In this document: positions 41,311-50,146 of the stretch, one piece after another
Position numbering within the stretch: the first letter of the stretch is position 1
How the letters are laid out: every line of letters starts with the position of its first letter
NCBI GenBank assembly: GCA_030041075.1
Contig: JASHOP010000029.1
Location: forward strand, 1-50,146
DNA length: 50,146 nucleotides
Direction of reading: 5' to 3'
From: Thermoplasmata archaeon
GTDB lineage: Archaea; Thermoplasmatota; Thermoplasmata; Lutacidiplasmatales; UBA184
Translations under genes and position numbers: made by a program
Notes under the pieces: generated by a model
Told to the model about the DNA's origin: nothing
The model's input: the letters and a program-made list of their open reading frames with translations, nothing else
Database searches by the model: none

Positions 41311-43842
41311 CTACGCACTCAGGACTAGCTGGGGGGTGATCGAGACGGCGGTGAGGTCCCCCGACGCTTGCATGATGATCGCCGCCGAGGCGATCCCTAC
41401 CGCGAGAGTGTAGGCTTGCAGCGACAGGTACGACGAGATGTTGTAGGAGTTCCCGTGTACCAAGTAGAGCTCCTGAACCACCGTGATCGTCGCCTGGCCG
41501 GCCGGCCCCCAGAAGAACCAGCCGCAGGTGGACCAGTCCTGCTCGACGGTCGGGGTCGAGGCGTCGACCGTGATGGAAGCCGGACTCGACTCGGTGACGC
41601 GATCGGTCACCCCGACCGCGCCCCAAGCGAAGTCGAAGCCGAGCGGGATGAACAGCGCGGGATCCAGGCACGACGGATCGGTGTAAGCGTTGACAAAGGG
41701 CCAACTCACGCTCCAGGAGTAGAGCATCTGGTAGTACCCCGTCGCGGGTACCTTGACCGAACTCCACTCGTAGCCCGCTTGGAGGGCGATTCGGCCCCAA
41801 GACAGTCCCGAGGATAGGCTGCTGACCTCGGCATCCACCGTGCCGTCGGGATCGATGGAGGTGCCCGAGCCGACCACCCCGACGGTACTGAGCCACCCAA
41901 CCATCCCCCGGGTCGGCTCCGACTGAAGGATGTAGCTCGTGGCGTTCGAGGTCGGGTACGATACGGTCTGGGAGTTCGTACAGGTCGCGCAGGCGAGCAG
42001 CGCGGCGAGCGGTACGTGGAACGAGCCTGCGGAGCCCAACGGTGAGGCGAGGTAGGTGACGATGTCCGACCCAAACGGCTCCGTCCAAGCGCTCGACAGT
42101 TCGGAGAGCGGCGCGCTCGACAGGGACGCCACCGCCACGGTGGAGGAGCCCGAAGCGAGTTGGACGCCTTCTCCCGAGAAGGTCGTGGCCGCTTGGAAGG
42201 TCGGCGGCGCAAGGTAGACCCAATTGTAGTTCCAGGCCAGGTACGGGTTCGGTATCTCCACGAACCAGGTAGCCTCGCCGGACGGGGTGGGGGCCCGCCA
42301 GTACACGTCGTTCCCCGCACTCGGCTCCAGCAGATTGTTGCCGCGGACGTTGCCCGAGGGCCACGAGAAGCTCATCGTCCACTCGGCTTCGTCACCGATT
42401 GCTTGGTAGGTCAGCTGCACCGAGACCGTTTGGTCGGGACTCGGTTCGGCATAATAGTAGGGCACGGCGCCGGCGCTGTCCACGCCGACCTCGCAGCCCG
42501 ACGGGGCCGGAGCTTGGTCGTCGATGACCGCGTTGTAGTACCAGCCCGGGTACCAGCACTCGGCGCTCGAGTACCAGTCGTAATCGGGATTGCTCCAGTT
42601 CTCGAGTTCGTCCATGAACATGAACTGGACCGTGGTTCCGTTGGGAAGGAGCCACTGGCCGAGTCCCCCCTCGACCGACGTCTGGTAGTTCCCGAGTCCG
42701 CCGATCGCCACCCCCTCCATGGATTCGTCGGCCGTGAAACCCGCGTAGTTGGCATTGAAGGTGAGACCGGGAACGGTGAAGTTGGCGGTGACCTCGTTCA
42801 CGGGCGACGAGTAGTTCGCCACGTAACCTGTCCAATTGACCAGCGTGCCGTTCGGCGGGATGGTGAGCAGGGTCACGGACCCTGGAGCGCCGGCGACGAA
42901 CACCGCGCTCGTGCTCTGGTTGGACGCGTTTCCCACGGTCTCCCCCGGGGCGTACCACTGGTCGAACTGGTAACCGGGTTCGAGCTGGGCGGTGAGCGTC
43001 ATCGCGGCCCCCGCGGGGAGGTAACCGACGGATCCGTTCGTGAAGTTCTCGGTGACGTTGTCGACCGAGTTCCACAGCACGATCGTCCCCGGGTTGCCCG
43101 CGGCGTAGAACGATATCTTGAGCCACGGGGAGGCCTTGAGGGTCAACGTGAGCGTCCCCGTGAGACTCTCCCACGGGCCGGCGCTCGTGAGATTCGTAAG
43201 CGCGGAGCTCGCCGACTCAAGGTCGACGTTCGATGACCCGCTCCACGAACCGAACGAGTAGTTGGAGAACGGCAACGCTTGGATCAGGTAGGTTCCCGCC
43301 GAGTAGAGGTGGGCCACTTGACCGTTGCCCACGACCAGTGCGAGCTCCGAGGTCGGAGTCGGTCCCAGGATGCGCACCTCGCCATCGGCCGGGCTCACCT
43401 TGACCGTGACGTTGAAGAAGCCCCCTGTGACGAGGTCCATCGTGAGGGTGGGGCTCCCTGCGGTGGTCTTGACCTCGAGGGTGGTGGAGTACGCTGTCTT
43501 CGACCCCAGCGTCACGCCGGTTTCGACCCACGCCGAGAACGAGTACCCGATGTTCGGCTGGGCGCTGATCGAGTAGCTCGTGTTGGTAGCGACGACGGCG
43601 TACTGCTCGTTCGAGTACGACTCGCCTCCGATGTCCACTGTGCCGTTGTTCGGGCTCACCAGCACCAGCACGGCCACGTCGCTCGCGCCCCCGCCGCCAC
43701 CCCCTCCGCTACCCCCACCACCGCCTCCGCCGCCGGGACAGCAGGCGAACATCCCACGCGCGTTGCCGGTGGAGACTCCCATCACCGAGACGACCACAAC
43801 CGCGGCCACGATCAGAGGAAGGACGGACTTCCGGCGCCTCAT
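41311..43842 (-). CDS. Large secreted/surface protein: signal peptide, CC + Gly linker, three InlB-B/Flg_new-like repeats, peptidase G1(A4)-like domain, C-terminal beta-rich domain
   Basis: MRRRK + hydrophobic helix; GYSFSAW, YSFGSW and GYQFDQW repeats; NWTGY..V.EVTANFTVP..GVAIGG..WFVE. Confidence 0.8.
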   Translation of the reverse strand: MRRRKSVLPLIVAAVVVVSVMGVSTGNARGMFACCPGGGGGGGGSGGGGGGGASDVAVLVLVSPNNGTVDIGGESYSNEQYAVVATNTSYSISAQPNIGYSFSAWVETGVTLGSKTAYSTTLEVKTTAGSPTLTMDLVTGGFFNVTVKVSPADGEVRILGPTPTSELALVVGNGQVAHLYSAGTYLIQALPFSNYSFGSWSGSSNVDLESASSALTNLTSAGPWESLTGTLTLTLKASPWLKISFYAAGNPGTIVLWNSVDNVTENFTNGSVGYLPAGAAMTLTAQLEPGYQFDQWYAPGETVGNASNQSTSAVFVAGAPGSVTLLTIPPNGTLVNWTGYVANYSSPVNEVTANFTVPGLTFNANYAGFTADESMEGVAIGGLGNYQTSVEGGLGQWLLPNGTTVQFMFMDELENWSNPDYDWYSSAECWYPGWYYNAVIDDQAPAPSGCEVGVDSAGAVPYYYAEPSPDQTVSVQLTYQAIGDEAEWTMSFSWPSGNVRGNNLLEPSAGNDVYWRAPTPSGEATWFVEIPNPYLAWNYNWVYLAPPTFQAATTFSGEGVQLASGSSTVAVASLSSAPLSELSSAWTEPFGSDIVTYLASPLGSAGSFHVPLAALLACATCTNSQTVSYPTSNATSYILQSEPTRGMVGWLSTVGVVGSGTSIDPDGTVDAEVSSLSSGLSWGRIALQAGYEWSSVKVPATGYYQMLYSWSVSWPFVNAYTDPSCLDPALFIPLGFDFAWGAVGVTDRVTESSPASITVDASTPTVEQDWSTCGWFFWGPAGQATITVVQELYLVHGNSYNISSYLSLQAYTLAVGIASAAIIMQASGDLTAVSITPQLVLSA

Positions 43843-44269
43843 AGTTCCGAATCGCTTCCTCTCCTCCCTATCAAAAAGGCTCCGGCAGTGCCCCGCCGCG
43901 TTCGGTGTCGAAACAGGATGCGCACGCCCACGGGTGCATCCGCACTTACAATGGATTTCTGTGGACCGACGTACGGCTCGTATCGAACCACGGCTCCGTC
44001 TCTATCCCACGGTCGGGCAGAAAGGTCGCGAACCTCCTCCGACCCGAAGTCGCGCGGACCATCGCAGTCTATTCAAGCGGCGAAGCTCCGACCGCGTCCG
44101 GCCCGGCACGACGCTCTGCCGAGGGCGGACCCGGGATGGCCCCGGGCGCAGATGGGTATCGCGGGGTCGCGCCGCCTCCGGTGTATCTTCGGCCCCCTGT
44201 GGGGGTCGCATACCCAGGCTCGCCGCCTCTCGGCCAGTCCGTCGTGCGGATCCGTCGGCGGGCGGGGGC

Positions 44270-45193
44270 CTACGCCGACCCGTTCCGGATCCTCGAGGTC
44301 AACGCTTCGACGACCGCGTCGGAGTCGTTCGGCATCGGGACCCGGTGGTAGCCGATCCCGTGGCGGTCCGCGAATTCGCGTACCACGACATCGAGGTCGT
44401 ACAGCACCTCGAGGTGGTCGAAGACGAACCCGAACGAGGCGATGACCGGGTCGCGCGCCCCGCGCGATCGCCAGTCGAGCATCACGTCGGTGATGTCGGG
44501 GCCGAGCCACGGCTCCGTGGCGTTGCCCGGACTCTGGTACGAGAACGACCACCGGTCGAGGCCGGCGGCGCGCGCGATCGCCGACGAGGTCTCCCGGAGG
44601 ATCTCCGGATAGGGATCCCCCGCGTCGCGCATGCGCTGCGGCAGGCTGTGGGCGGAGAGGATCACCGCGCGATCCGGCGCCGGGTCGGTGCCCAGCTCCG
44701 CCCGGATCGCCCTCTTCCAGTACCCGATCCAGGCGGGGTCGAGATGCCAGCCCAGGCGCACGTCGACCTCGATCGGCGCGGGAGAAGCTCGCACGCCGTC
44801 CGCCACCCCCTGGCGGTACGGCTCGCTGATCCAGGTCGACGCATAGGGGGACAACGGTACGGCGACGAGATGCCGCAGGCCCTGCCGGGCGGCGTCGGGG
44901 ATGACGTCGCGCAGGGCCGGGTGGCCGTGCTTGACCCCGAGGAAGACCCGGGGCCCGGGGCCGTCGCGCGCGAGCCGCCGCTCGAGCTTCGTACGGAGCG
45001 ACGCGAGGATGCGATTCTGCGGCGATCCGCCGATCCGGTCGTAACGGCGGACGTACTCGGCGACCATCTCGGGCGACGGGGTCGCTCCGTGCAGGACGTC
45101 CGCGAGGTACGCGGGCAGATCGCCGGACCCGTTCGGACTCCCGTACCCCATCAAGAGGACCCCCGTGGTTCCCGGGTCCGCGCGCGCGCTCAT
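44270..45193 (-). CDS. hemH: Ferrochelatase (likely coproporphyrin ferrochelatase CpfC)
   Basis: LLMGYGSP, RY.RIGGSP, SAHSLP, GDPY, YQS.G...EPWLGPDI, GFV.DHLEVLYDLD. Confidence 0.94.
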   Translation of the reverse strand: MSARADPGTTGVLLMGYGSPNGSGDLPAYLADVLHGATPSPEMVAEYVRRYDRIGGSPQNRILASLRTKLERRLARDGPGPRVFLGVKHGHPALRDVIPDAARQGLRHLVAVPLSPYASTWISEPYRQGVADGVRASPAPIEVDVRLGWHLDPAWIGYWKRAIRAELGTDPAPDRAVILSAHSLPQRMRDAGDPYPEILRETSSAIARAAGLDRWSFSYQSPGNATEPWLGPDITDVMLDWRSRGARDPVIASFGFVFDHLEVLYDLDVVVREFADRHGIGYHRVPMPNDSDAVVEALTSRIRNGSA

Positions 45194-46230
45194 CGTTTCC
45201 TCACCTCCCGGCCGACCTCGTGGACGAACTCGACGAGCCCGCGCACCCGGTCGGGGTCGGTCTCGGGCAGGACACCGTGTCCCAAGTTGAAAACGTGCGC
45301 CTCTCCCCCGGGCAACTCGTCCATCACGCGGCGGGCTTCGTTCCGCATCGCCTCGGGCGTTCCGAGGAGCGCCCCCGGGTCGAGGTTTCCCTGCAGCGCG
45401 ATCCCCGACCCGATGCGCTCGCGGACCCGGCCCAGCGGCTCGCGCCAGTCGACCCCCAGCGCGTCGGCCCCGGTGCGGGCGAGCCGCTCGACCAGGTGGC
45501 TCGATCCGGTCGAGAAGTAGATCGTGGGTCGGCCGAGATCCCGAAGCCCCTCGAAGATCGACCGGGTCGCGGGGAGGAGATGCCGCTCGAACACCGTGGG
45601 GGAGACCGCTCCGACCCAAGAGTCGAACAGCTGGAGGGCCGCGGCCCCGCTCTCGGCCTGCGAGCGGAGGTACCGAACCGTCATCTCCGAGAGGCGGGCG
45701 ACGAGCCGGTCGAAGGCGACCGGATCGCCGTAGATCATCCGTTTGGTCCGGGGAAACTCGCGCGAGGGTCCCCCCTCCACGAGGTAGGCGGCCAACGTGA
45801 ACGGCCCCCCCGCGAATCCGATGATCGGGCGCTCTCGCTCGAGGCTGAGGTACCGTTCGATCGCGGCCCCGACGAACGGCACCGAGCGCCGGGCATCGAA
45901 GTCGGTCAGCGCCTCGACGTCGGCGCGGGTACGGATCGGGCGTTCGACGACCGGCCCGACCCCCGGGTCGATCGAGAACGGGACGCCGAGCCCGAGGAAC
46001 GGCAGGCTGATGTCCGCGAAGACGACGGCGGCGTCGACGTCGTAGCGCCGGACCGGTTCGAGCGTCACCTCGGCCGCCAGCTCCGGCGTCCGCGCGATCT
46101 CGAGCAGCGGGTGGGTCTCCCGCAGCCGCCGGTAACCCGGAAGATGCCGCCCGGCCTGGCGCATCAGCCAGATCGGCGTGGTATCGGTCGCCTCGCCCCG
46201 GAGGGCTCGGACGAGCCGGTCGCGCGTCAT
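45190..46230 (-). CDS. hemE: Uroporphyrinogen decarboxylase (UroD)
   Basis: PIWLMRQAGR.LP, FADI, GFAGGPFTLA.Y.VEG, QLFDSW, LQGNLDP, FNLGHG. Confidence 0.97.
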   Translation of the reverse strand: MTRDRLVRALRGEATDTTPIWLMRQAGRHLPGYRRLRETHPLLEIARTPELAAEVTLEPVRRYDVDAAVVFADISLPFLGLGVPFSIDPGVGPVVERPIRTRADVEALTDFDARRSVPFVGAAIERYLSLERERPIIGFAGGPFTLAAYLVEGGPSREFPRTKRMIYGDPVAFDRLVARLSEMTVRYLRSQAESGAAALQLFDSWVGAVSPTVFERHLLPATRSIFEGLRDLGRPTIYFSTGSSHLVERLARTGADALGVDWREPLGRVRERIGSGIALQGNLDPGALLGTPEAMRNEARRVMDELPGGEAHVFNLGHGVLPETDPDRVRGLVEFVHEVGREVRKR

Positions 46231-47534
46231 CGACCCCCGCGCGCCGCAGCCCGGAACCCGGCGCGGAAGACCCGACCGATTCCGGCGAGATCGGCGGACC
46301 TAAGGGCCGCCGAGGCGAACGCGGTCTCCAGGGGGGCGGGCGGGAGATACACGCCACGGTCGAGCAGCGCGTGGAAGAACCTCCCGTAGCGCGCGCGGTC
46401 CGAGCGTCGTGCGCCGCGGTCGTCGAAGACTGGCCCGCGGGCGAAGAACAGTCCCAGCATCGAGCCGACGCGCTGGACGGTGAACGGACCGACGCGTTCC
46501 TCCTCCGCGGCCCCGACCAGTCGGTCCTCCAGCAACGCCCCCGCCTTCTCGAGGGTCCGGTAGACCCCCGGGACGAGCCGGTCGAGCATCGCCGACCCGG
46601 CGGCCATCGCCAGCGGGTGGCCCGAGAGAGTCCCGGCCTGATAGACCGGACCGAGGGGCGCGACCGTCTCCATCAGTTCCCGGCGACCCCCGTAGACACC
46701 GACCGGCATGCCTCCACCGACTACCTTGCCGAGCGTCACGAGGTCGGCGGAGAGTCCGAGCTCGCGGTGGATCGTCCCCCGTCGGAGCCGAAAGCCGGTG
46801 ATTACCTCGTCCGCGATCACGACCGCGCCATGCCGGTGGGCGAGTTTCGAGATCGACGGGAGGAACCCCGGGCGGGGCGGGACGACGCCCATGTTGCCCG
46901 CCACCGGTTCGACCAGGACCGCGGCGATCGACCGGCCGTGGCGCTCGAACAGCGTCGCGAGCCCGTCGGGGTCGTTGTAGCGGCCCACCAACGTCTCCCC
47001 GACGATCGCGGGGGGGACCCCGGCCGAGTCGGGGATCGCGAGGCTCGCGAGCCCCGAGCCGGCCCGGGCGAGGAGCCCGTCGGAGTGGCCGTGGTACCCC
47101 CCCGCGAACTTCACGACCTTGGACCGGTGCGTGAACCCGCGGGCGACCCGGACCGCGCTCATCACCGCCTCGGTCCCCGAGCTGACGAACCGGAGCCGCT
47201 CGAGCTCCGGCGCCGCGGCGCGGATCCGCTCGGCGAGCTCGTGCTCGCGCGGCGACGGCGCGCCGAAGCTGAGCCCTTCGGTGGCCGCCCGGCGAACGGC
47301 CCTCACGATCCCGGTCGGTGCGTTCCCGAGGAGGTTCGCTCCCCAGGACCCCACGAGGTCGAGGTAGCTCCGTCCGTCGACGTCGGTGAGGTAGGCTCCC
47401 CGGCCCCGGGCGAAGAACACCGGGGCTCCTCCGACGCTCCGGAACGATCGGACCGGGCTGTCGACACCCCCCACGAGGATCCGGGCGGCCCGGCGTCCCA
47501 GGGCTCGGGAGCTAGCTCCCGGGGACGAGCTCAC
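46227..47534 (-). CDS. hemL: Glutamate-1-semialdehyde 2,1-aminomutase
   Basis: GGVDSPVR, SSGTEA.MSA.R, GGYHGHSD, EPVAGNMG, DEVITGFR, GKVVGGGMP, QAGTLSG. Confidence 0.97.
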   Translation of the reverse strand: MSSSPGASSRALGRRAARILVGGVDSPVRSFRSVGGAPVFFARGRGAYLTDVDGRSYLDLVGSWGANLLGNAPTGIVRAVRRAATEGLSFGAPSPREHELAERIRAAAPELERLRFVSSGTEAVMSAVRVARGFTHRSKVVKFAGGYHGHSDGLLARAGSGLASLAIPDSAGVPPAIVGETLVGRYNDPDGLATLFERHGRSIAAVLVEPVAGNMGVVPPRPGFLPSISKLAHRHGAVVIADEVITGFRLRRGTIHRELGLSADLVTLGKVVGGGMPVGVYGGRRELMETVAPLGPVYQAGTLSGHPLAMAAGSAMLDRLVPGVYRTLEKAGALLEDRLVGAAEEERVGPFTVQRVGSMLGLFFARGPVFDDRGARRSDRARYGRFFHALLDRGVYLPPAPLETAFASAALRSADLAGIGRVFRAGFRAAARGGR

Positions 47535-48250
47535 GGGACGCCTTCCGCCAGGTCGAGCATCCGCCCGGCCGGGGTGGCGACGCAGGTGAAGATCGGGGTC
47601 TCGAGGGCGGTGTACCGGCTCGCCTCGGTCGAGCGCAGGTCGCTCACGAGGTCGAGGAACTCCGCGGGCGACTCGGCCTCGAAGGCCAGGATGAACTCCT
47701 GATCGTCGAGCCCGAACGAGTAGCCCGTGTGGATCCGGACCTTCGGGTACTGGTGACCGATGCGGAAATGCTCGCCCATGATCCGCTTCCGCTCCTCGAG
47801 CGAAAGGCCGTACCACTCCCGTTTCTTCACGAACGGATAGACGAACAGGTACGGAAGGTCGAGCGGCCGGCGCTGCCCCCCTCCCCCCTCGCCGCCGTGC
47901 GCGTGCTCGCCGAGGTACTCCGAGCGCCGGCCCATTCCGAGGTAGGAGTATGGCGTGTCGAGGTAGCCCCCGAGGGGGGTCCCCAGGAGGCGCGCGTGCG
48001 ACTCCTGGAGGGGGACCAGCTCCGGACCGATCGACCAGACCATCATCTCGCACCCGGACTTGAGTCCGACCAGGGAGAAGGTCCGCGCGAGCACGCCTTC
48101 GGGCGGGTGGTCCAGGACGCGCGCGAACGCCGTCTTGCCCGCCTGACGCACGAGCGGGTCGAGCCGCCTCCACTCGGGACGGAGGTGGTAGAAGGTGTAC
48201 TTGACGAAGTCCCGACGTTCCCCGTCGTCGGCCGGCTCCCGACCGGTCAC
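47531..48250 (-). CDS. chdC: Coproheme decarboxylase (chlorite dismutase family, HemQ/ChdC)
   Basis: YPFVK, WY.L..EER...M.EH...G (proximal His), SFGLDDQEF; embedded in the hem operon. Confidence 0.85.
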   Translation of the reverse strand: MTGREPADDGERRDFVKYTFYHLRPEWRRLDPLVRQAGKTAFARVLDHPPEGVLARTFSLVGLKSGCEMMVWSIGPELVPLQESHARLLGTPLGGYLDTPYSYLGMGRRSEYLGEHAHGGEGGGGQRRPLDLPYLFVYPFVKKREWYGLSLEERKRIMGEHFRIGHQYPKVRIHTGYSFGLDDQEFILAFEAESPAEFLDLVSDLRSTEASRYTALETPIFTCVATPAGRMLDLAEGVP

Positions 48251-49266
48251 GGAGCCTCCCGGGCCCAGCGGGCGACATCTCGGGCAAAGTAGGTAACGGT
48301 AAGGTCCGCCCCGGCCCGTCGGAGCGCGACCAGCGTCTCCTCGACCGCGGCCCGCTCGTCCACCACGCCCCGCGCGCCGGCGGCCTTCAGCATCGCATAC
48401 TCCCCGCTGACCTGGAACGCCGCGAGCGGCACGTCGTAGCGGAGCCGGGCCCGGGCCAGGAGGTCGAGCGAGGTCAGCGCCGGCTTCACCATCACGATGT
48501 CCGCCCCTTCCGTCACGTCGGCCTCGATCTCCCGAAGCGCCTCGCGGGCGTTGCGGGGATCGAGCTGGTAGGTCCGGCGGTCCCCGAACGCCGGCGCCGA
48601 CTGCTCCGCCTCGCGGAACGGGCCGTAGAAGGCGGAGGCGTGCTTCGACGCGTACGCCAGGATCGCGGTCTCCGCATGGCCCGAGCGGTCCAGCGTCTCG
48701 CGAATCCGCGCGACCTGTCCGTCCATCATCGCGCTCGGCGCGACGATGTCGGCACCGGCGCGGGCGTGGGCGATGGCCACCCGGCCTAGCCGTTCCAACG
48801 TCGGGTCGTTCAGGACGACCCCCCGGCGGACCACCCCGCAGTGCCCGTGGGTAGTGTAGGCGCACAAGCAGACGTCGGTCGCGATCACGAGCCCGGGGGC
48901 GGCCCGGTGGATCGCTCGCACCGCGCTCGGCACGACCCCGTCCGGGCTCCACGCGTCGCTCCCTTCCGCGTCCTTCGACCGGCCGGCCCCGAACAGGAGC
49001 ACGGACCGGATCCCCTCGCTCGCGAGCTCGCCCGCGAGCGGGCCGAGGTCACGGACGGCGTAGCGATGGATCCCGGGCATCGAGCGGACCGGCGCCGGGC
49101 CGCCGCGACCGGGGCGGACGAAGATCGGATAGACGAGCCGTCGCACCTCGGCATCGGTCTCGGCGATCCAATCCCGCAGCGCGGGGGTGCGACGGAGGCG
49201 ACGAAGGCGGACGGGTCCCGGGCGAGCCGCGGCCGCGCGGGCGGGAGGCTCGCTACGCCGCGGCAT
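48247..49266 (-). CDS. hemB: Porphobilinogen synthase (Zn type)
   Basis: RLRRLR, DVCLCAYT.HGHCG, APSAMMDG, SAFYGPFREA, MVKPA, QVSGEYAM. Confidence 0.97.
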   Translation of the reverse strand: MPRRSEPPARAAAARPGPVRLRRLRRTPALRDWIAETDAEVRRLVYPIFVRPGRGGPAPVRSMPGIHRYAVRDLGPLAGELASEGIRSVLLFGAGRSKDAEGSDAWSPDGVVPSAVRAIHRAAPGLVIATDVCLCAYTTHGHCGVVRRGVVLNDPTLERLGRVAIAHARAGADIVAPSAMMDGQVARIRETLDRSGHAETAILAYASKHASAFYGPFREAEQSAPAFGDRRTYQLDPRNAREALREIEADVTEGADIVMVKPALTSLDLLARARLRYDVPLAAFQVSGEYAMLKAAGARGVVDERAAVEETLVALRRAGADLTVTYFARDVARWAREAP

Positions 49267-50017
49267 CGCGAAGCACCCGGAGCAGGCCCTGGGTAAATCG
49301 TTGCGCGCCCGAGGGCGGAACGATGGAGGCGTGGCGAAAGCCGTGTCCCCGGGCGGACCGAAGCGAGCGCTCGCCCAGGACGACGAGGCACACCGTGCGC
49401 GCGAGCCGCGCGAACGCGCGACGATCGAGCCGGTGTCGCAGCATCGAGAGCGTAGAGGGGCTGGTCGCAACCAGCACGTCGGCCCGCATCAGCTCGCGAC
49501 GCGTCCGGGGGGCCAGCCGGGAATCCGCATCGACCCGATAGACGATCACCTCGGTCGTCCGATGTCCGAGGCGTCGCAGCCGGCGGGCGAGCCGGGGTCC
49601 CGCCCGGTCCGACCGGAAGTAGAGAACGGTACGGCGCGGTGCGCGGCCCAGCGCATCGGCGACCGCCCCGGCCCCCGAGGATGCCGGTCGACGGGGGCGC
49701 CGGACTCCGGCCTCCCGCAACGCCCGAGCCGTCTCGGGCCCCGCCGCCCAGAACTCGACTTCCCGGGGGATGCCGCCCAGCGTCCGGGCCCACGGCACGA
49801 CGCCGGCCGTCACGGCGAACCGACTGGTCACCACCACGGTATCGGGCGGAGGGGGCCGCAGCGCCCGGTCGCGCCAGACGCGCGGGCGGATCGCCCGGGG
49901 GACCAGCATCGGGATGCGCACCACCCGCACCGGGGGGTTGGGGCCGAGCGAGCCGATACGGTCGAGCGTGCCCCGGGCCGAGGCCACGACCACCCGGGGG
50001 ACGGCGCGCGCGGTCAC
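49253..50017 (-). CDS. hemD: Uroporphyrinogen-III synthase
   Basis: VVTS..AV, AGPETA.AL, VYR, TSPS, LG..S; between hemC and hemB. Confidence 0.82.
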   Translation of the reverse strand: MTARAVPRVVVASARGTLDRIGSLGPNPPVRVVRIPMLVPRAIRPRVWRDRALRPPPPDTVVVTSRFAVTAGVVPWARTLGGIPREVEFWAAGPETARALREAGVRRPRRPASSGAGAVADALGRAPRRTVLYFRSDRAGPRLARRLRRLGHRTTEVIVYRVDADSRLAPRTRRELMRADVLVATSPSTLSMLRHRLDRRAFARLARTVCLVVLGERSLRSARGHGFRHASIVPPSGAQRFTQGLLRVLRDAAA

Positions 50018-50024
50018 TCCGCTC

Positions 50025-50146
50025 CTATCCGCGCTTCCGGCCCCAGAGTTGCATGGCTCCGCCGTCCAGCATCTCCTTCCCGAGCCGAAGGCCGATCCGG
50101 TCGGCCTGGGCGACGGGACCCTGCCGACGCGCGCGCAGGCGGGTCC
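50025..50146 (-). CDS. hemC: Hydroxymethylbilane synthase, C-terminal part only (gene continues beyond the window)
   Basis: Own translation ...RRQGPVAQADRIGLRLGKEMLDGGAMQLWGRKRG* matches the HemC C-terminal lG..la..ll..GA pattern; directly upstream of hemD. Confidence 0.7.
   Translation of the reverse strand, partial: TRLRARRQGPVAQADRIGLRLGKEMLDGGAMQLWGRKRG

Noticed and set aside
43883-43892. CGGCAGTGCC, similar to one MITE end
   Set aside because: Only 9/10 match, diverges immediately, no partner end; plausible by chance at this GC content.
43916-44216. Short inverted repeats in the intergenic region after hemH (GGATGC/GCATCC; TGGGTAT/ATACCCA) and a 148-aa ORF
   Set aside because: Stems are short for GC-rich DNA, match no RNA family I recognise, and the ORF lacks motifs.
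41074-44269. Integrated element at the tRNA-Trp 3' end carrying the 843-aa gene
   Set aside because: No duplicated tRNA 3' end (att site) and no integrase seen.

Overview
High-GC archaeal chromosomal window. A Thermoplasmatota affinity is inferred from the proteasome alpha N-terminus ([31 protein letters not shown]), archaeal EF-2/exosome/RadB, and TATA boxes about 20-35 nt upstream of many start codons. 1-31.4 kb is mostly housekeeping: rps7-fusA, ogt, radB, a beta-CASP nuclease, the psmA-SBDS-rrp4-rrp41-rrp42-rpl37ae-rpoP superoperon, glyS, purQ, trm1, lhr, larE and uvrB. The most striking structure is a 4.1-kb lower-GC cassette (31410-35512) with no transposase. It is bounded by two directly repeated 81-bp hairpin elements whose ends match IS6/IS26-family inverted repeats, is flanked by a 9-bp direct repeat (GCCTTCGGT, probable target-site duplication), and carries two paralogous membrane-anchored surface glycoprotein genes. 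The cassette splits a probable corrinoid-salvage locus: beta-propeller-fused binding protein, FecCD permease, ABC ATPase, DUF71 amide ligase and a glutaminase-less Asn-synthase-like enzyme. Further right are an intron-containing tRNA-Trp with box C/D guide elements, a large secreted protein with a degenerate G1-peptidase-like domain, and a coproporphyrin-dependent-type heme operon (hemC-hemD-hemB-chdC-hemL-hemE-hemH). Other oddities are an EF-2 with co-substituted GTPase motifs, twin palindromes after fusA, and a trm1 N-terminus with no canonical start codon. All calls come from motif recognition by eye; no searches were run.
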